From Camelus dromedarius (lineage: Eukaryota), in assembly GCF_036321535.1 (NCBI RefSeq), contig NC_087472.1, positions 92,630,001 to 92,694,000 of the forward strand: a DNA stretch of 64,000 nt, read 5' to 3'. The notes under the pieces were generated by a model that worked only from the letters and a program-made list of their open reading frames with translations, was not told the origin of the DNA and did no database searches. The translations under genes were made by a program, and so were the position numbers. Positions 57,965 to 64,000 of this stretch are shown piece by piece (positions within the stretch are counted from its first letter, which is position 1; every line of letters begins with the position of its first letter).

Positions 57965-58317
57965 CAGTTATTCAGTCAGGATCAACTAAAACATTTTGAT
58001 AAGTATAATGTCAAATAAAGTTGTTGTTCAGACTTGCTAAGCTAATGGGAAAAAATTATCTGATTTAGTAAGGCCATGATATAGTAAGTAAAAAAGGAAA
58101 ACTTGCTCAGTAGAAAAATTCCATCCTATGCTACAGGACCTTAAATCAACAATAGAAAGCTATTCTCTATACTTTTCTTTGGTGCTTTGAGTATTTGAGA
58201 AATTTAAATATAAAGAATCACTTTCCAAAAATAAATTTAAGATATTAAGTAAAATAAACTGTTCTGTATTGAAAAGTACCTATATCTCTCTTGAAACTCA
58301 TTCACACTTAATATTGA
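57965..58317 (-). pseudogene. Pseudo-exon (motor: P-loop remnant, NxxLE, FYxLxxGL)
   Basis: tattttttcag|...|gtaaac; NIKCE*VSREI*VLFNTEQFILLNILNLFLESDSLYLNFSNTQSTKEKYRE*LSIVDLRSCSIGWNFSTEQVFLFYLLYHGLTKSD...; EQVFLFYLLYHGL parallels ERNFHIFYxLLAGL. Confidence 0.65.
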
Positions 58318-59355
58318 CTGAAAAAATACACACAGGTATTTTATTATGGAACAAAGTGGTAATAAACAGCTCTGAAATAAAATATTTAACAGTGTATGAT
58401 CAGAAACAAAAAGTATCCTAAAAATGCCTGTTTCCAGTCATACTCAATTCAAGACTATGGATAAGTGTTCACACACCAAAGTACTTAAATATGTTAAATG
58501 GCAGAGACATTTAGGCTGAGATGTTTGTTGCAAACTGAAGGAAGATTTCATGGCCTTTTAAGATTTTCTTTTATCTACGTTCCCCCCTCACTTACTATTA
58601 AAGCTTAACAACTGAACAAAGAAAACAAAAAAAGCAAGTTCTCTTCAAGTAACTATCAGAGTTTATAGAGATTAGGAGGAGAAAAAACCACCCACAACTA
58701 CATTCAAGTACTATGGCATTAGAACTGGATTCCTAATATAATATGTCCTATTTAAGAAAATATAGAGGATTTATATCAGTGGGAAAGAAGCACAATAGGC
58801 ATTGATAAAAGGCTTCTTTCAGTGAGGAAGTGTCTAGCCTAAGAAAAAAATTAGTTAGACGTTACTAGATACTGTAAATTCCCCATAGGAAAGCTTCTTT
58901 ACAATGCCTCCTTAGAAAGGTGAACAAAGAGGGTGAATCTATTAGGAAAGGTAGGAGAAATTGAAGCTAAGTACAAAAAGCCCCTAAAAAAGTTACTATA
59001 ATTTATTGTGAGATGGTTTCTCCCTTAGCCAATCTGGTTAATAACTTAAAAGATGCTGGGAAGAGGAAATGAGTGAAAAAAATATATTCAGAAAAAGAAA
59101 AAAAAAGTTCTTCATTCCAAATACTACCAACTTGCTAATTTCTAACCTAGCCTTTCCAATTCAGATGTAAATGCTTCACTGCAAACATAAATTTCTTCTT
59201 GTAGCTAGCGATACTGTGCTAAAAATCTCCAAATATTTTAGCATGAATAACTTAAATCATTATTTAAAAAATCTGTTTTCCTGCACACCAAATCATTTAT
59301 TAACCTCAAGCTTGTAGATATGGAATCTTCAACATATATTCTCATTTGAATATAC

Positions 59356-59368
59356 CTTTCCTTATCAT
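59356..59368 (-). pseudogene. Candidate 13-nt micro-exon (MIRK)
   Basis: tcttaacatttctcag|ATGATAAGGAAAG|gtatat; phase 0->1 would bridge the flanking exons; too short to be sure. Confidence 0.25.
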
Positions 59369-59945
59369 CTGAGAAATGTTAAGAATTACAATAATATGCT
59401 TCTTACGCAAATATAAAGTCAAATATATGTTCTAATACCTATAGGCAAGAAAAAATAATTAAATTCTAAAAATATATTATTAGTATAGTACCAATAATAT
59501 AGTAAAATAATACAGTATTTTATATGTTATTTAACCCAGAAAACACCAGAACAGGAAAATTCAGACAGTAACTTTTTCTATATAATCAAAAACACTGACA
59601 TTGATAGAAATAATTTACTTTTTAAAATGTAATGTAAATATACTGTATAAAAGGCACTCTGCATAGTTTTCAATACTTATAAAATAAGAATGCATGTATC
59701 AAATGGCAAATAAAATGGGGAATGTTTGGGAAATAATAAAACAGCGATATTTATTAACTGTTGTCAGTTCTCATTTCCTTTTCTTGATAGCATAATCACT
59801 ACCATATAAACCTCCTGTCTAAATAAAAGAAAAACCTACTTCTAGTTAAACTGTAATACAACAGGAGCATCTAATGTTACATTGGCATAGAAACATTAGT
59901 GTTTCAAACAAAGATGAGAAAATTTCCTAATAAGAAATGACTTAC

Positions 59946-60150
59946 ACTATTTAAAAAGGACTTTTGCATAATAGATCACATACATGGATGTCCATGACTT
60001 GGATTTGTGATATCTCCAAACTCCTATCTCCAAAACTCCCACATTGTTCCTCCCATTCATGATGGAACATGGTGCAAAGAGTAGTTCTCACTGTGTTATA
60101 TTCACTTTGGCTATTTAACGTTCGTTTTGCATGCTTATTGCCCCCTGTTA
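59946..60150 (-). pseudogene. Pseudo-exon (motor: YT.G / vNP / pPH..i...y region)
   Basis: tcttgttatag|...|gtaagt; TGGNKHAKRTLNSQSEYNTVRTTLCTMFHHEWEEQCGSFGD[14-nt duplication]ITNPSHGHPCM*SIMQKSFLNS. HPCM.SIMQKSF parallels myosin PPHIFAIADxAY. Confidence 0.6.
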
Positions 60151-60570
60151 CTATAACAAGACCATATGTGGCATACCACTTAGAGGTTGTTAGTAGCAGT
60201 TACACTCCTCACAACTTTCTTCTCTCTACATGTTAAGGCTAAGGTAGAGGAGTAAGGGACAGATGGCCAGAAATTTTTTCCGGGCTGAGATGCTGACTGG
60301 CTAACTGATTAGCTTTTGTGAGATATTATGATTAACTTGTTTTTATGTTTTTCACCAGTGTGTGGCCAATTAAGATGACACAACTCATTAGATAGGGTCC
60401 TTAGGCACATCAAACCAAGTCATTTCATCATCACTGAATCTCACTAGCAATCCACCAACCTATTTTGAAAGTCCTCTGCTTCACATCACTCATTAGTACT
60501 CATACTCTTAGTTTTCCAACTTAATATATTAGCTTCAAATTACGTAGGATTAACATAAACAACACCTTAC

Positions 60571-60607
60571 TATTGAATCAGCACATTATTTACTTATTTC
60601 TAAATTA
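60571..60607 (-). pseudogene. Small pseudo-exon (motor N-terminus)
   Basis: ccttctcatcag|...|gtaagg; phase 2 matches the previous exon; (C)NLEISK*CADSI resembles myosin 'hNL..Ry..d.I(YT)'. Confidence 0.5.
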
Positions 60608-60781
60608 CTGATGAGAAGGCAATCAGAAAGCTGATTTATACTCATTAAATATGAGTATTGCTTTTTTCCTTTTTAACTGCTAGTAAACATCAGAATTAGA
60701 ATTTTTACTTGCTAATAAACTTATTTTAATAGTCTCAAAAGTACATCATATTAACCAGAATATTGTCGAAATGTTTCTCAC

Positions 60782-60831
60782 CACAGTCTTTCAATTTCCT
60801 GGACAGGTGATCATTTGATAGTAGATGTAGA
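60782..60831 (-). pseudogene. Pseudo-exon, start of motor-like domain
   Basis: ttctttag|...TG|gtgaga; STSTIK*SPVQEIERL resembles myosin 'L.dLnEa.vL'. A weaker alternative donor would end the exon at 60756. Confidence 0.5.
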
Positions 60832-61143
60832 CTAAAGAATGGAATATCATAAATCACTGATAATGAATAAACTGGAGCTATACTTATGAACTTGAACAAT
60901 TTCACAAGTGCAAAGAGCCAAACAAAAGTATGTTGTAGAAGAAACATTTTAGCATGTCATTTATACAAAGTTCAAAACTGCAAACAATACTACAAATTGT
61001 TTAGGGATGCACATTTATACTTTTAGAAAATAATTATGCATGAAATGATGAACACCAATTACAGAACGGTAGCTACGTCTAGGGGAAAGGAAAGATGATC
61101 AGGGATGTGACACAAAGGAGAGAATTTAACTGCTTTCACAAAG

Positions 61144-61550
61144 CAGATACCCCTGCTTTTGAGAAGTTCACTTTATGCCACTTTGCTTTTCTGAAAGACA
61201 TGCATTAGCATCTGTTTTTGCTAACTAAAAGAAATCCAAAGAGGATTTTTGCTTTTACGATAAAGGCAACAACCAAAAGCAGCCTTTAGCATTTGTTTTG
61301 CAGCAAGCTGTGCAGCCTGAGCAACAAGAGTGGCTCCGCCAAGCTCCTTCTACAGAAACTACACTCAGCAGCTCACCATCAAGACTGCATAGCTTTTACT
61401 GTGTCTGTGAGCATTTGTGCTTTATCTCAGTTTATTCTGTTGATCCCTTAGCAAGATGTATCCTACAGTAACTGCTTCTTCACTTTATGCTATTGTGGCT
61501 TACAAAAGGTTTAAGAGGAACCTATACTTTAGACAGTGGGGAAATCTCTA
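61144..61550. mobile_element. Tc1/mariner-Tigger-like DNA element inside an old L1 3' end
   Basis: Imperfect TIRs cagatacccctgct... / ...agtggggaaatct; repeated gcttttacg motifs. Confidence 0.5.
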
Positions 61551-61782
61551 TTTTATTACCTAAGCTGGGTGATGACTACATGTGTGGTTGAGTGTGCTCT
61601 AAATATTGCATAATAAATTATTCAAAATCTAGTAAGCGTTCTGAAGTAGTATCCTTCAAAATGAACACACTAATCATTATAAATCAAACTATGTGACTCC
61701 TCATTGATAAAACTCTCTTTCATTAATGAGCTATATAAACAGTTGTATACTAAATAAAATTGCACAAATTTAAAACCTTGTC

Positions 61783-64000
61783 GAGGGATTGCCAAGATGG
61801 AAAAGCAGAAGGATGCATAGCTCATCCTCTCCCACGAATACACCAAAAATTACACCTACAGACCAAACAATTCATGCAGAATACCTATTGGAATTTGGCA
61901 GAATATCTCTTACTTCGGAAACACAAGAAAATTGCTCACAAAAATGAGTAGGAAAAAAAAAAAAAAGAAGAAGGAAATTGGAGCAGGACTGTCCTGCAGG
62001 AAAGTGGGCAGCAAAGGAGGAAAAGTGCCCTCACTCTGCAACGCCCCCTCTCCAGCAGGGAGGTCACCGAGGACAGGAAGGGAGCTTCAGAGGCTTAGCA
62101 GAAAAAGCAACAGCCACATGACAGACAGAACTGAGAGAAACCAGAAAAGAGGGTCCCTGCGATCCCTTGCCCAACATGTGAGTCAGCAGGAGCAGGCTAG
62201 GACTGGCTGCTGGAGCTCAGGGTTCCATGGACGAGTCCATGGAGAGGATGGGGGTTGACAAAGTTCAAAATGGCAATAAACACATCTATCAATAATTACT
62301 ATAAATGTAAAGGGACTAATTGACTAAATGCTCCAATAAAAAGACATAGAGTTGCAGACTGGATAATAAAACAAAAGCCTACAATAAGCTGCCTACAAGA
62401 CACCCACTTTAGAGTAAAGGGCACACATAGATTGAAAGTGAGAGGATGGAAAAAGACATTTCATACTAATGGAAATGAAAAGAAAGCGGGAATGGTAAAA
62501 CACATCACACAAAATAAACGTTAAGACAAAAGCCATAAAGAAAGATAAAGGACACTATATAATGAAAAAAGGAATATAAGAAGAGGATATTATACTCATT
62601 ACCATATATGCATTCAATATAGAAGCACCTAAATATATAAAACAAATACTAACAAAAATAAAAGGAGAAATTGATGGAAACACAATAATATTAGACTTTA
62701 ACACCCCACTAACATCATTGGACAGACCTTCCAGACAAAAAAATCAATAAGGTAATGGATATACTACCTGACAGAATGAAACAGTTGGACTTGGTTAATA
62801 TTTTTAGGACATTACATCTCCAAAAAACACAATACACATTCTTTTCAAGTGTGCATAGAACATTCTCTAGGATAGACCACATGCCAGTGGTCTCAATAAA
62901 TTTAAGAGGATAGAAATTATTTCTAGCATCTTTTCTGACCACAATGCCATGAAACTAGAAATCAACCACAGAAAAGCAAATGAGAAAAAAAAAAAATGAC
63001 TGCACAGAGACTAAACAACATGCTTCTAAAAAACCAATGGGCCAATGATGAAATCAAGAGAAGTTAAAAAATACCTCGAGACAAGTGACAATGAAAACAC
63101 AACCACACAAAATCTATGGGACACAGCTGTCCTAAGAGGGAAGTTCGTAACAATACAGGCCTTCCTCAAAAAACAAAACAATCTCAAATAAACAACCTAA
63201 CTTACCAACTAAAAGAATTAGAAAAAGAAGAACAAACAAAACCTAAATTGAGCAGAAGGAAAGAAATAATAAGGATCAGGGAGGAAATAAATAAAATGAA
63301 GATTTAAAAAATTGAAAAAAATAAATCAAACCAAGAGCTGGTTTTTTGAAAGAGTAAACAAAATCAACAAACCTCTGGCCAGGCTCATCAAGAAGAAAAG
63401 AGAAAGGATATAAACAAACAAAATAAGAAATAAAAATGGAGAAATTACAACCAACAAAACCAAAATACAAAAAACCATAAGAGAAAGCTATGAACAACTA
63501 TATGGAAATAAATGGGACAAACTAGAAGAAATAGACAAATTTCTAGAAACATACAGTCCACCAAAACTGAATCAAGAAGAAATAGATAATTTGAACAGAT
63601 TGATCACTAGAAATGAAATAGAATCAGCAATTAAAAAAAAAGCTTCCCTACAAACAAAAGTTCAGGACCAAATGGCGTCACTGGGGAATTCTATCAAACA
63701 TACAAAGAAGAACTCACACCAGTCCTTCTCAAACTATTCCAAAAGACTGAACAGGAGGGAATACTCCCAAACTCATTCCACAAAGCCACCACCATCACCC
63801 TGATACCAAAGCCAGACAAAGACACTACCAAAAAAGAAAGCTATAGGCCAATATTGGCGATGAACATAGACGCAAAAATCCTCCACAAAATATTAGCAAA
63901 CAGAATCCAACAACACATAAAAAAAGATCATACACTATGATCAATTTGGATTCATCCCAGGGACACAAGGATGGTTCAACATATGCAAGTCAACCAATGT
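61783..64000 (+). mobile_element. Relatively young L1: 5' UTR fused directly to a disrupted ORF2 (ORF1 absent); runs off the window
   Basis: gagggattgccaagatgg L1 5' start; ORF2 start atggcaataaacac at 62270; endonuclease and RT-region motifs with frameshifts (aaatgctccaataaaaagacataga; caaaaatcctccacaaaatattagcaaacagaatccaacaa; ggattcatcccaggga). Confidence 0.9.

Larger units (their letters stand above)
5824..60831 (-). pseudogene. Decayed multi-exon (unprocessed) pseudogene: divergent myosin motor-like + IQ + DEP + DEPDC-type RhoGAP-like protein; 5' end not identified
   Basis: About 23-24 co-oriented minus-strand segments bounded by AG acceptors and GT(A/G)AG-type donors. Many have matching intron phases, and their translations follow myosin and then DEPDC1/7 motif order collinearly. 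Numerous in-frame stops and frameshifts. Confidence 0.8.

Noticed and set aside
60120..60150. TGGNKHAKRT as the P-loop
   Set aside because: It lies upstream of the PPH-like motif, where YTY.G is expected; a better P-loop remnant is at 58283-58306.
60177..60238. Minus-strand exon-like segment (LTCREKKVVRSVTATNNL*V)
   Set aside because: It would leave only a 26-nt intron before the exon at 60150 and is not needed by the motif order.
5824..60831. Assigning a gene symbol (MYO9, MYO16, DEPDC4, DEPDC7)
   Set aside because: Similarity is motif-level only and the domain architecture matches none of them.

Overview
AT-rich mammalian (eutherian) genomic DNA, most likely camelid: it carries Cetartiodactyla-type L1 3' ends, and I recognised no Bov-tA, CHR or PRE1 SINEs. 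There is no intact protein-coding gene, and the supplied ORF track is mostly noise. Reading the minus strand by splice signals instead reveals about 23-24 AG/GT-bounded exon remnants from 60831 down to 5824 (about 3.4 kb, about 1,130 codons). Allowing for stops and frameshifts, their translations follow in order the landmarks of a highly divergent myosin motor domain, one IQ motif, a DEP domain and a DEPDC1/4/7-type RhoGAP-like domain, ending at a terminal stop codon. I interpret this as an old, intron-containing (unprocessed) pseudogene. Its myosin-IQ-DEP-RhoGAP-like architecture matches no named mammalian gene I recognise. The domain calls come from by-eye comparison with remembered family consensus motifs and need HMM/tBLASTn confirmation. 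The rest of the window is ordinary interspersed repeats: L1, L2, MIR, MER/Tigger DNA elements, solo LTRs and MLT1. Two L1s are structurally unusual: one has a twin-priming 5' inversion, and one at the right end has its 5' UTR joined directly to ORF2 with ORF1 missing.
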